Below, piece by piece: positions 8,824-17,026 of a stretch of DNA of 28,181 bases (position 1 is the first letter of the stretch; the number at the start of each line of letters is the position of its first letter). Source of the stretch: an uncultured Gammaproteobacteria bacterium (GTDB lineage: Bacteria > Patescibacteriota > Patescibacteriia > UBA9570 > JBBTWU01). The stretch covers positions 1-28,181 of the forward strand of contig CAYIMB010000016.1 in NCBI GenBank assembly GCA_964364425.1, written 5' to 3'. A program made the position numbers and the translations under genes. Below the pieces are notes generated by a model. That model was not told the DNA's origin. It ran no database searches and saw only the letters and a list, made by a program, of their open reading frames with translations.

Positions 8824-8901
8824 GGAGCGGTGGTGTAGCTGGCCCAACACGCCTCCCTGTCACGGAGGAGACCGCGGGTTCGAATCCCGTCCGCTCCGCC
8901 A
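8824..8901 (+). tRNA. tRNA-Asp (anticodon GTC), CCA encoded
   Basis: Cloverleaf is GGAGCGG/CCGCTCC acceptor, GTGT/ACAC D-stem, CCTCC-CTGTCAC-GGAGG anticodon arm (anticodon GTC), GCGGGTTCGAATCCCGT T-arm, discriminator G, then CCA. The sequence is near-identical in architecture to E. coli tRNA-Asp. Confidence 0.88.
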
Positions 8902-9369
8902 GTCCGAACGACTTGATCTCTCAACAATTCTATCAAAGGGTTTCTTATATATAACATTGAGGTTTTTGTCTGTGAGGGAAGAGTTCGAAAGTAAAAAATT
9001 CAATAAATCTTGCTTTTCATCAGGATTGGCCTTTTTATAGAGAATACTGGCCATATTTGAAAGTTCTAAAATATCTATGCCAGTTTTGTAGTAATCGATA
9101 TTTGCCTTAGTGTAGCGAGCTATTTTTTCTGTCAGATCTTTAATAGCTGTTTCGTATTCAGTAGCTTTAGAATTATAAAAATCTTTAGTGATTGTCCCAT
9201 CTAATCTATCCTCATAAAGTGTACTAAGAGTTTTCTCCAACCGCTTCTTTTCAGCTTCTAGACGTTCTTGGGCTTGATCCTCTGTGTCCCTCTTAGAATA
9301 CAAAGACTGTTTCAGACCTGCGGCAACGTACGCAATCGCTTCCTGGGGTATTTTAAGGCCGTCTAGGTG
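8860..9369 (-). pseudogene. truncated large serine recombinase (C-terminal coiled-coil/DUF4368-like region only). The reading frame runs into the 3' end of tRNA-Asp.
   Basis: The frame is open from the stop at 9370-9372 down to 8860. It reads ...AEKKRLEKTLSTLYEDRLDGTITKDFYNSKATEYETAIKDLTEKIARY...LLNFLLSNSSLTDKNLNVIYKKPF. This matches the LYED.L.G.IS.E.F / coiled-coil / ...IEIYY C-terminal module of large serine recombinases. The roughly 350 aa that should precede it (catalytic, recombinase and zinc-ribbon domains) have no room, since only about 210 bp lie before the next gene. The ORF-track M at 9303 is a TTG. Confidence 0.45.
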
Positions 9370-9379
9370 TCAATCTACT

Positions 9380-9388
9380 GAAAATCGA
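9380..9388 (-). repeat. copy of over-represented 9-mer TCGATTTTC
   Basis: Exact match on the minus strand, context ataTCGATTTTCagt, in the recombinase-remnant region. Confidence 0.6.
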
Positions 9389-9400
9389 TATGAACTGAGG

Positions 9401-9583
9401 CTAAAAACCGGCTGGGTACCCCATGAGTTGTTTAACTTGTTGTATGGCTTGCCTACCTTGATCTGAAGTCTGGATGAGCAACATAAACATCATTGCTCCT
9501 ATAGCTATCAACAGGAGTTCCACTAAACTCCTAAACCACACATTTGCCCACATGTACTTCAATTCTTTTTTTAAGCGTGACAT
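9401..9583 (-). CDS. small hypothetical single-TM protein (60 aa), directly downstream of the NHL gene
   Basis: ATG at 9581-9583, 1 nt after the NHL-protein stop (TGAtATG). One hydrophobic helix, LVELLLIAIGAMMFMLLI. It could be a remnant. Confidence 0.2.
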   Translation of the reverse strand: MSRLKKELKYMWANVWFRSLVELLLIAIGAMMFMLLIQTSDQGRQAIQQVKQLMGYPAGF

Positions 9584-9584
9584 A

Positions 9585-11924
9585 TCAGGGGGCGAAATAA
9601 TCTACCACCGGAACAGTTCCATCCTTTTCGCTCACCGCAAAGGCACGCACTATTGCATCTGACTGTCCATCAGAGTTAATCACTTTCACTTCATAGTATC
9701 CCGGATCCATCTTGCCGATTGGGATGGTGGCAGTAATGGAAGTATCTGAGTTCACATACGTGGTCACCTGATATGACCCAAAGTACGTGACCGCCCCGTA
9801 ACGGAACTCCTGACCGCCAATTTTTATATCAACCGTTTGGCCCTCAGTATCTCCTATAGCCTTCCGGTTTGGCAAGGTATATCCAACCACCGGAGCAGGT
9901 TCAGAATAAGGAATTTGTCCACCTACCAGTTCAATATCAATCCGACGAATCACATCATTAAAGTTATCTGCTACATACAGCCGGTTGGCGGTCATGGCCA
10001 TACCTTTTGGATTATTAAATTCTGCGCTAGTGGCATCTCCGTTCTGGAACCCGCGGTCACCACCGCCAGCCACCAGCTTGGTCACACCACTTGATTTGTC
10101 ATACACGCGAACACGTTGACCGCCCACCTCACTCCAATACACATTTTTGTCCGCACCAAACTCTACAAATTCCGGATAGGACAGCTGAGCAGAACCCGGT
10201 TCTGCTTCTAAATATCCCAAATCCCCGCTCCCCACGTACGTAGTAACCTTGTTATCACGCAAGCGAATTTTCCTGATCACGTGGTTTCCCTTGTCAGCCA
10301 CAAAGAGGACAGTGCCTTTGGCGTTGATGGCCACGCCTACCGGCCCGTTGAACTGTGCATTACCCTTGGTTCCGTTGGTAAATCCGGCATCCAGTTGTCC
10401 GGCAATCAGCTTGGTTTTCCCTTTATTGGGACCCCTGGCCACCACTCGGCGGATCATGTTGTTGCTAGAGTCGGCCACATACAAATACTTGCCTGACGGG
10501 GAAATGGCCATGCCTGTTGGCCGGTTAAAATACGCACATCCAGTCACAAACACATCCTTTTCATCCGGACAAGCAACTCCTTCCGCATACCCGTTGTCCG
10601 TGTCGTTATTCGCATTAATGTTTCCCGCACCGGTCAGATACCCTACGGCTTTATCCTTAATTCTAACGTACCGGATACGGCTATTATTCCTATCCACCAC
10701 GTACAGCTTTTTACCGTTGGGTGAAACAACTACACCCGTTGGGTCACTAAACCGCGCCGCTCCGCCAACATACTCTTTGGTATCTTTCTTGGCGTAATTA
10801 TCCACCACATTGCCCACTAAGGCCTGTACCTCACCCGTGGCGCGCCTAATCCTGCGAATTTTATTATTCTCCGTAAAGTAAATCCATTTCTTCTTGGGCG
10901 ACAGGACCAACTCTTTTGGTCTCCCCACTAATCCCTCATCCCCCGTTCCGTTCTCACTTTGGAACCGGCGTTTTCCAGCATACTTCAACGGATTTGACCC
11001 ATCCATATCAAATCTGTACACACTAGATCCGCCTTTATTAGCCACGTAAATGTGGTCTCCAGACTTTACAATGCCGGAAGACCCGTTGAGTGTTTCCATG
11101 TGTGGATCTTCTACAATCACATCCTTGTCTCCGGTGTCCAAATCAACCTGACGTATATAGTCAAACAATCCATCACCATCCACTACATACAAGATGTCAT
11201 CTATAATGGCCAAACCTCCAATGTTGAGAAAGCCGGTGGCTACTGTACTGATATCTAAAGAATTCAGATCGATTTTCAACACGCGTTGCTGGCCGGTATT
11301 GGCAAAATAAATAGTGTCGTTTGATTTCACCATTTTAGTTGGTGAATTCAAACTATCAGCAATAGTCGTGACTAAATTATTTAAAAGGTTGATCTTCTTA
11401 ATGGCATCATGGCCAGTATCTGAGACGTACAACGTGGAACCACTGACTAAAAGACCTTTGGGATAAAACCAGCCTTCATCAGATATAGTAGTGACCTGCC
11501 CATCTTTTATTTTACGAATAGCGTGGTTATCTGTATCCGCTATGTAGATAGATCCATCAGAGGCCAGTGCCAGCGCTTCAGGGAAACCAAATTCCGAGGC
11601 ATCTACATCTCCGTCCACATATCCATAAGAGCCGGTTCCGGAGACGGTTGAAATAATTTGATTGGTGTCGATTTTCCTGATGACGTTATTCAGCGTATCC
11701 GCTAAATAAAAATTTCCATTGTCATCTACCACCATGTCAGACGGATTATCCAGGTAGGCTTGAGTGGCCACCAGTCCGTCACCGTTATAAATTTTAGACA
11801 CGAAGGTAGACACATCTCCATAGGTTGCGCCCGCGGTCTGCGGAAAAATGGTGGCGGTAAAAATCACACCAAGCGAAAAAAATAGTGGTGAAAATTGATG
11901 TTTCATATAGCGAAATAATACCAT
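9585..11924 (-). CDS. secreted NHL-repeat beta-propeller protein with C-terminal IPT/TIG-like domain (779 aa)
   Basis: N-terminal signal/anchor (MKHQFSPLFFSLGVIFTATIFPQTAGA). Repeated NHL-type blades include YLADTLNNVIRKI, YIADTDNHAIRKI, YVSDTGHDAIKKI, YFANTGQQRVLKI, YVVDRNNSRIRYV, YVADSSNNMIRRV, FVADKGNHVIRKI and YVADNFNDVIRRI. The C-terminal all-beta segment is YEVKVINSDGQSD.... The true start may be the second Met at 11906. Confidence 0.75.
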   Translation of the reverse strand: MVLFRYMKHQFSPLFFSLGVIFTATIFPQTAGATYGDVSTFVSKIYNGDGLVATQAYLDNPSDMVVDDNGNFYLADTLNNVIRKIDTNQIISTVSGTGSYGYVDGDVDASEFGFPEALALASDGSIYIADTDNHAIRKIKDGQVTTISDEGWFYPKGLLVSGSTLYVSDTGHDAIKKINLLNNLVTTIADSLNSPTKMVKSNDTIYFANTGQQRVLKIDLNSLDISTVATGFLNIGGLAIIDDILYVVDGDGLFDYIRQVDLDTGDKDVIVEDPHMETLNGSSGIVKSGDHIYVANKGGSSVYRFDMDGSNPLKYAGKRRFQSENGTGDEGLVGRPKELVLSPKKKWIYFTENNKIRRIRRATGEVQALVGNVVDNYAKKDTKEYVGGAARFSDPTGVVVSPNGKKLYVVDRNNSRIRYVRIKDKAVGYLTGAGNINANNDTDNGYAEGVACPDEKDVFVTGCAYFNRPTGMAISPSGKYLYVADSSNNMIRRVVARGPNKGKTKLIAGQLDAGFTNGTKGNAQFNGPVGVAINAKGTVLFVADKGNHVIRKIRLRDNKVTTYVGSGDLGYLEAEPGSAQLSYPEFVEFGADKNVYWSEVGGQRVRVYDKSSGVTKLVAGGGDRGFQNGDATSAEFNNPKGMAMTANRLYVADNFNDVIRRIDIELVGGQIPYSEPAPVVGYTLPNRKAIGDTEGQTVDIKIGGQEFRYGAVTYFGSYQVTTYVNSDTSITATIPIGKMDPGYYEVKVINSDGQSDAIVRAFAVSEKDGTVPVVDYFAP
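11269..11277 (+). repeat. copy of over-represented 9-mer TCGATTTTC
   Basis: Exact match, context cagaTCGATTTTCaac, inside the NHL gene. Confidence 0.6.
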
Positions 11925-11978
11925 AAAAAAGAAAATACCGCCTCCTCAAGTCTTGTGGACGAGAGGGGCGGTATTTCC
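11925..11978 (-). terminator. rho-independent terminator for the upstream minus-strand membrane-protein gene
   Basis: On the minus strand the sequence reads GGAAATACCGCCCCTCTC-gtccacaagacttg-GAGGAGGCGGTATTTTC followed by TTTTTTATGG. That is a GC stem of about 10 bp plus a U-tract, directly abutting the NHL gene start. Confidence 0.5.
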
Positions 11979-12040
11979 AAAGTGCAGTGCTCAGAGGTTC
12001 GTAGCAGAACCATAAGAGCTTGCGAGGCCTAGGCCCGTGG

Positions 12041-13411
12041 CTAGCGGGCGGTGACGGACACTCCGTCCGGACAGGTGAAGGTCTCACCCATCACCATCAC
12101 CTTCAGCACGGGCGAAAGGTCCCCCGCCCGATTGTACAGGCGGTAGACGTTCTCGTCCGACACGTTGGCTTGTCCGCCACACCCGTGAGGTGCCATGGCG
12201 TACTGGATGGACGAGTAGCCCCGAATGCTGTGGTAGTTGGACTCCAGCCAGACCTGCCTGTGCGTGCTACCACACTGGCAGATGAACACCGACCCAGCAG
12301 AGGTCGGCGAACCAATCCGGACGGACCCCTGCGGGTCAATCTGGACGGGCTGAAGGAACTTGGGGGTGGCCCCAGAATACCGACGGACTGCTTCCTCGGC
12401 GTGATCCTCGATGTTCAGCCCGAGCATGTCGGAGATGGCCAATCCCCCACACCAACCACACATGGCGAGGAAGGCCAGACAGACAGCCACGAACAGCACC
12501 GAACCCAACGAGAACTTGCCGCGCCACCACCCGATGAACATGGCCCCCACCACCAGCACGCCGGCCGCACCCAGGATGATGAGTCCCGTGTAGGACTCCA
12601 GCGTGGCCACGTTCTGCTGGGCCTGCTGGTTCCACGTGGTCACCCACGCGCGCTGATTGGGATCAGCGTAGTCCAGGGCGTAGGCGTTGCAGTTGCCCAC
12701 GCGGTCCACGTAGAGCGTCTCGCTCCACCAGACGAGACCGAAGTCGAAGACCTTCTGCTGGTGGACAGACAGGTCCCAGGCCGAGAGCGGGAGGGGGACG
12801 AGCTGCGCCTGCTCCGGGCCGCACGAGGGCGTCCGGTAGGCGTAGAACAGCTCTCCTTCCAGGGCCTGATCGGTGTAGGATCCGCGCGTGTTTACCTCCA
12901 GGGCCACGAACGCGTTGAGGACCACCACCACGACCAGGGCCGTGCCCGGCAGGAACTCGAAACCGAGCGACTGACCCAGCGCTTTCGCGCCGAGCCCGAA
13001 GCCGATCAGGAGCCCCATCACCAGCACGGTCGACCCGACCATCCAGAACCCCTGGCTGTGGGCCCCGTTCGCACCGGTGCTCCACATGAACTGCCAGCAC
13101 ACAACCGACAGCGCCATCAGCAGGCTGCCGCCGATCATGATGCGGTTGGCCTTGGGGAGGAAGGTGGGCGGCTCACGGCCCGCGGCCTTAACCCAGGCTT
13201 CAACGCCCAGGCCCACGCCGAGGAGCAGCACGTACGCCGCCCCGGCAATGGCCCAGCCGGTCGCGCTGAGCATGGTGGTGTGGAACTGGCTCGCCAGGAG
13301 GCTCACCGACCCGAAGGCCAGGAGCAGCGCGAGCGTCGCCACCAGCACCCCCCACACCAGGGACTGCTGGATGTTGAACCGAGAAAGGAAGTTACGCATT
13401 GGAAGCCTCAC
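12041..13411 (-). CDS. hypothetical polytopic membrane protein with Cys-rich C-terminal domain (456 aa), GC-rich
   Basis: At least 8 hydrophobic helices. The C-terminus has CQCGSTH...HGCGG...TCPDG cysteines. The opposing 466-aa plus-strand ORF is R/H/G/P-rich nonsense typical of antisense high-GC DNA. GC is about 64%. No family recognised. Confidence 0.5.
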   Translation of the reverse strand: MRLPMRNFLSRFNIQQSLVWGVLVATLALLLAFGSVSLLASQFHTTMLSATGWAIAGAAYVLLLGVGLGVEAWVKAAGREPPTFLPKANRIMIGGSLLMALSVVCWQFMWSTGANGAHSQGFWMVGSTVLVMGLLIGFGLGAKALGQSLGFEFLPGTALVVVVVLNAFVALEVNTRGSYTDQALEGELFYAYRTPSCGPEQAQLVPLPLSAWDLSVHQQKVFDFGLVWWSETLYVDRVGNCNAYALDYADPNQRAWVTTWNQQAQQNVATLESYTGLIILGAAGVLVVGAMFIGWWRGKFSLGSVLFVAVCLAFLAMCGWCGGLAISDMLGLNIEDHAEEAVRRYSGATPKFLQPVQIDPQGSVRIGSPTSAGSVFICQCGSTHRQVWLESNYHSIRGYSSIQYAMAPHGCGGQANVSDENVYRLYNRAGDLSPVLKVMVMGETFTCPDGVSVTAR

Positions 13412-13474
13412 AGTTGTTGACAGAGTTGGAGAGAGGAGAGGATTGAACCGACTCGCTTGGCCTTAGCCTGCAAA

Positions 13475-13483
13475 TCGATTTTC
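13475..13483 (+). repeat. copy of over-represented 9-mer TCGATTTTC
   Basis: Exact match in the intergenic region of the GC-rich island, context aaaTCGATTTTCgaa. Confidence 0.6.
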
Positions 13484-13582
13484 GAAAGATCCTCGACCTC
13501 GGACTCAACGTCAGGTTAGGTTGTGGGCTTCCCGAAGGATGCCCCCATCCGCCTGGCGCTGGGCCGAGGTCGAGACGGGGGT

Positions 13583-14764
13583 TCAGGGCTTCTTCTTGGG
13601 GGCCCCACCCCCGCCGGACTTGCCGCCCGGCGCGCCCTTGGACGACCCACCTCCGGGGCCACCCACAGCGTTGCCGGACATCACGTCGCCGACGGAGACG
13701 ATCGGGGCGTCGCTCGACGGCACCCCCGATTGTGCATCCAGACTCTTCAGCACCCGACTCCCCAGATAGGCCTGGGCCGCACGGTCCATGACCCCGGGGT
13801 TGGCCGGGAGCTTTTCCATGCCCATAGCCTTCAGGACTTTCCCCGCGGCACTGGCTCGGTGGTCGGCAGCCTTGTCAGCCTGTTCAGCCGACTGGACCTG
13901 CTCAACCGCCTTGCGGAGCGCTTCAGGGAGTTCGATCCCCTCGAGACGGACGTCGAAGATCACCAACCCGAACCGGTGAAGAGACTGGTTGGCCATCACG
14001 ACGACCTGCTCCATCAGCTCCTGGCGGTTTTTGTCCCGCTGGACACGGATGGGCAGCAGGTGACCGGGCCTACGCGTCACGCCCTGGTTCAGCCAGGCGT
14101 TGACCGCAAGCGGTTCAACGTCGGCAATCCCCAGCTCCTGCGCCGCCTCGTTGAGCGCGGACGCAATGGCCGTGGAGGCCTCCTGCCAGATGTTCTCTGG
14201 CCGGAGCGCCGCCCGGATGATGGCGGCGTCGGTGGTCACGTACGGCTGAGCCTTGTCGAAGGGCTCATCCGGGTGGGTCACGAAGATGTGGGTCTGGCGC
14301 TTGCGACGCGCTTCCCGCACCTTCTCGGCGTAGGCCGGGAACCGCTCAGCTTCCGCCAGCGGGATCCGGAACAAACGCCACTTCACCTCTCCAACCACCA
14401 CGGAGAAGCGAATGTTGAACGCGACGGCCTGCCCGTTCTTGACGTTCACGGGCATGGGGGCCACGTTTTCCTGCCTCGGGACACGGGAGACGATCGCCAC
14501 GAAGTCGTGGACGATGCCCGGGATGAACAGGCGCCACCCCTCGTTCTTCACTTCATATCCCTCGTAGATCCGATCCTCGGGGGGCATGTCGTAGCGAACG
14601 CTGTCGATCCGAGCCTGGTGCTCCGCCGGGGTTGACACACGAGAGTAGGGGGTTGAGCCCCACGCCGAGCGCAACACCATTGAAGTACCTTCTTCCACCT
14701 GGACGAGTCCAGGTGTCGGAGGGGTCTTGATGATCCCCGCCTTTGTTTCATCGATGTGGGCCAT
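13583..14764 (-). CDS. SPFH/band-7 (stomatin/flotillin-like) domain protein, no N-terminal TM, Gly-rich basic C-tail
   Basis: Band-7 core GWRLFIPGIVHDF...VNVKNGQAVAFNIRFSVVVGEV. The C-terminal SPFH helix region is GLVIFDVRLEGIELPEALRKAVEQVQSAEQADKAADHRASAAG. The tail is GGPGGGSSKGAPGGKSGGGGAPKKKP. The start codon overlaps the stop of the upstream small membrane ORF (TAAATG). Confidence 0.65.
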   Translation of the reverse strand: MAHIDETKAGIIKTPPTPGLVQVEEGTSMVLRSAWGSTPYSRVSTPAEHQARIDSVRYDMPPEDRIYEGYEVKNEGWRLFIPGIVHDFVAIVSRVPRQENVAPMPVNVKNGQAVAFNIRFSVVVGEVKWRLFRIPLAEAERFPAYAEKVREARRKRQTHIFVTHPDEPFDKAQPYVTTDAAIIRAALRPENIWQEASTAIASALNEAAQELGIADVEPLAVNAWLNQGVTRRPGHLLPIRVQRDKNRQELMEQVVVMANQSLHRFGLVIFDVRLEGIELPEALRKAVEQVQSAEQADKAADHRASAAGKVLKAMGMEKLPANPGVMDRAAQAYLGSRVLKSLDAQSGVPSSDAPIVSVGDVMSGNAVGGPGGGSSKGAPGGKSGGGGAPKKKP

Positions 14765-15157
14765 TTATTTCTCCCCCTTCTTGTTGGTGTTGTTGTCCTT
14801 GGTCGCGCTGCCGGACCGCCACCCGATCAAACCCACAAAGGATCCGACCGGGATGACGATCACGATGATCGCGCTCGCCACCATCATGGACAGGCTTCCC
14901 TGCATGATGGCGCGGAACCCCACGAACAGACCGACGAGGATGATCACGGTGATCACCCCGCCGAACCAGTTCTGGTTGTTCCGTTGGCTACCCTCGGTGG
15001 CCCCCTCCTCCACGGCCCTGGTCACCTCTTCGGCGCCCGGGATCATGTCGGGGTCGGGCTGTTCCGCAGGTTCCAAATCCAGCATCACGGGGGGCGGCCC
15101 CCCGGGATCCGTATCGTCGTCTGCGGCCATGGAGTCTCCCTTTTCACGAGCTTCCAC
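14765..15157 (-). CDS. small membrane protein (130 aa; acidic/Pro-rich N-terminus plus 2 TM helices), likely membrane partner of the SPFH protein
   Basis: Tightly coupled upstream of the SPFH gene, which matches the usual NfeD/YqiJ-like partner arrangement of SPFH operons. It shows no NfeD OB-fold, only the two TM segments VITVIILVGLFVGF and MMVASAIIVIVIPVGSFVGLIGW. Confidence 0.45.
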   Translation of the reverse strand: MEAREKGDSMAADDDTDPGGPPPVMLDLEPAEQPDPDMIPGAEEVTRAVEEGATEGSQRNNQNWFGGVITVIILVGLFVGFRAIMQGSLSMMVASAIIVIVIPVGSFVGLIGWRSGSATKDNNTNKKGEK

Positions 15158-15457
15158 CTGTCACCAGCCACGCATCCGCGTAACCAGCCAGGTGAAAATA
15201 CGGTAAGCCGTACTCATTTGAGTAGACGAATTTCTGTGAGAATCATCTGGTTCAACGCTACATACAATTCTTGTTCGTCTTTAACCAACAGATTCTGTTC
15301 ATCTGCTCAAGTGAGCACGGCTTCCGCCCTTTTCATACGTTCTCATACTACCCGAGTTTTCAAAGGACTCAGGAGTATAGTCCAAAAACAGCTTTTTGTC
15401 AATACAAAAACGGCCCTATTGCCCATGAACATTGAGTCAAATCAGGCCGTTTCTGAT

Positions 15458-15466
15458 TCGATTTTC
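15458..15466 (+). repeat. copy of over-represented 9-mer TCGATTTTC
   Basis: Exact match in the intergenic region, 20 nt before the 15487-15537 inverted repeat. Confidence 0.6.
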
Positions 15467-15486
15467 ACCACCAGAGCTGAGGCTCA

Positions 15487-15537
15487 GGGAGGTCTGCTCG
15501 TTCGGGAGCTTCAATCACCCTGCCTCGCAGACCTCCC
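15487..15537. other. perfect 11-bp inverted repeat (GGGAGGTCTGC...GCAGACCTCCC) with a 29-nt loop in a 390-bp intergenic region
   Basis: Lies between the DsbA-like gene stop (15551) and the GC-island gene start (15157). No U-tract follows on either strand. It could be an operator, RNA structure or processing site. Confidence 0.3.
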
Positions 15538-15550
15538 TTCCGCCTCACCT

Positions 15551-16324
15551 CTAGCGTGCTAAGGCATCCGCAACTGCTGTTTCAACTTGCGTCTGAGGCA
15601 CAGCACCGTTTAATTTTTCAGCTACATCACCAGCAATCACATAGGTTGATGGGGTACCACCCACACCTACGCTTTGACCTAGTTTTTGATCCGCAGCAAT
15701 CTTGGCATCAAACTCACCGGAATCAAGACAGGTAGCATAGTCGTCAGCATTTAAACCAAGGTCTGCGGCTACTTGCTTGTATAAGTCTTCGCCTAAATCG
15801 TTTTGATTATCATACAGTGTATCCACGTAGGTCCAGAAAGTATCATTCCCACCTAGCTTGCCAGCGCATTCGGCAGCAACGGCTGCTGGTTTAGCTTCTG
15901 GGTGGAAAGATAATGGGAAATGTTTATACACCCAGCGAACATCGTCTTGATTTGCTTCAAACACATTTTTGATAGAAGGGTGAAACTTTTTGCAGAACGG
16001 ACATTCTAAATCAGTAAATTCGACTAAGGTCACTTTGGCATCTGGGTTACCGCGTATATAATCATTCTCTCCAATGGTAATATCCGCCGCATCAACCAAA
16101 GTTGGAGTTGTAGTGGTGGTCGCGGTGTTGGTATTCGTGGTCGTTGTTGTTCCTGTCTTAGTAGATGTCTTAGCTGAACCTAAATCAATTCCTTTGACCA
16201 TCATGACCAACAAAAATACAAAACCGAGCAAGGTGAGTAACCCTGCTCCTACAAAAAAACCAAACCAAAAAGTGAGCTTCGGTGAGGCTGACTCAAACAA
16301 CGAACGTTTAGGTGTCTGTTCCAT
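15551..16324 (-). CDS. membrane-anchored DsbA-family thiol:disulfide oxidoreductase (CPFC active site), Thr-rich linker
   Basis: N-terminal TM, a (T)n low-complexity linker, then a thioredoxin fold with FTDLECPFCKKFHP and GGTPSTYV (cis-Pro region). Confidence 0.8.
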   Translation of the reverse strand: MEQTPKRSLFESASPKLTFWFGFFVGAGLLTLLGFVFLLVMMVKGIDLGSAKTSTKTGTTTTTNTNTATTTTTPTLVDAADITIGENDYIRGNPDAKVTLVEFTDLECPFCKKFHPSIKNVFEANQDDVRWVYKHFPLSFHPEAKPAAVAAECAGKLGGNDTFWTYVDTLYDNQNDLGEDLYKQVAADLGLNADDYATCLDSGEFDAKIAADQKLGQSVGVGGTPSTYVIAGDVAEKLNGAVPQTQVETAVADALAR

Positions 16325-16378
16325 AATTTGGATAAGTGAATCTTATTACTACAGAGAATAGTACATGAGGCCTAAAAT

Positions 16379-17020
16379 CTACGCAAGCAGTTGGTGAAAT
16401 TGGCGTAAAGCGGCTTCCGGCTGCTCCTGTTTCCAAATTCCACTGCCCACAATAATATCATCCGCTCCTGCCTGAATGACTCGGTCAATATTTTCCAGGT
16501 TGACTCCCCCGTCAATGGCCACGGAGACTTGGGAAAATCGTTTTTTAATTTCTTTGATTTTTTCCAACACGTCCGTTTGCATAGGCTGACCCTGTTTCCC
16601 CGGAGTTACGCTTAACAGCAACACACCATCTATCTTATTCATGTACGGTTCAAAAATTTGAAATGGCGTATCCGGATTACAGGCCAAACTAATTTCTTTG
16701 CCGCTAGCTCTCACCCGGTCAATCACTTCTTGGATGTTCCCCGCCGCCTCTACATGCACAACCAAGCGTTTAATGCTGGGGTGTTTAATCCAGCCCCGTA
16801 AAATCACATCCGGATGCATGACCATCAGGTGCACCTCAGTGTCTATCTTCAGATCGGGGATAGCATTTGGGTCTTCCACCGTCTTTCCCTTAGCAAACGT
16901 CCCGTCCACCACATCTAGTTGAGCCCTATAAAATAAGTCGGGATGTTGTTGCAAGATTTGAGCTTTAGATACAATCGCCTCTACCTCAGCCTCTAAGATT
17001 GCCGGAATTAACTTCGCCAT
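16379..17020 (-). CDS. rpe: ribulose-phosphate 3-epimerase family protein (divergent N-terminus)
   Basis: Contains HLMV, LLLSVTPGKQGQP (compare MSVNPGFGGQ) and AIDGGVN...AGADDIIVGSGIW. The N-terminal LDVVDGTF motif is diverged from canonical H.DVMDG.FVPN. It is adjacent to rpiB. Confidence 0.7.
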   Translation of the reverse strand: MAKLIPAILEAEVEAIVSKAQILQQHPDLFYRAQLDVVDGTFAKGKTVEDPNAIPDLKIDTEVHLMVMHPDVILRGWIKHPSIKRLVVHVEAAGNIQEVIDRVRASGKEISLACNPDTPFQIFEPYMNKIDGVLLLSVTPGKQGQPMQTDVLEKIKEIKKRFSQVSVAIDGGVNLENIDRVIQAGADDIIVGSGIWKQEQPEAALRQFHQLLA

Positions 17021-17026
17021 ACAAGT

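Noticed and set aside
12020-13420. 466-aa plus-strand ORF, and similar long plus-strand ORFs at 13523-14635, 14756-15562 and 152-562
   Set aside because: Their translations are R/H/G/P-rich low-complexity strings. They lie exactly antisense to plausible membrane and SPFH proteins. This is typical of spurious open frames in high-GC DNA.
13421-13530. minus-strand tRNA-like signal (GGTTCAATCC T-loop-like motif) in the GC-island intergenic region
   Set aside because: The flanking bases cannot form a 5-bp T-stem (only 2 of 5 positions pair). No acceptor or anticodon arms could be folded. I judge this a chance resemblance.
11980-15260. direct repeats of the tRNA-Asp 3' end or other att-like duplications flanking the GC-rich island
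   Set aside because: Visual comparison of both flanks found no repeat of at least 12 nt matching the tRNA 3' segment or each other. Island borders are therefore defined only by composition.
16100-16160. ACC/ACT-rich tandem-looking stretch (possible repeat array)
   Set aside because: It is the in-frame Thr-rich linker (TTTTTNTNTATTTTTP) of the DsbA-like protein, not a non-coding repeat or CRISPR.
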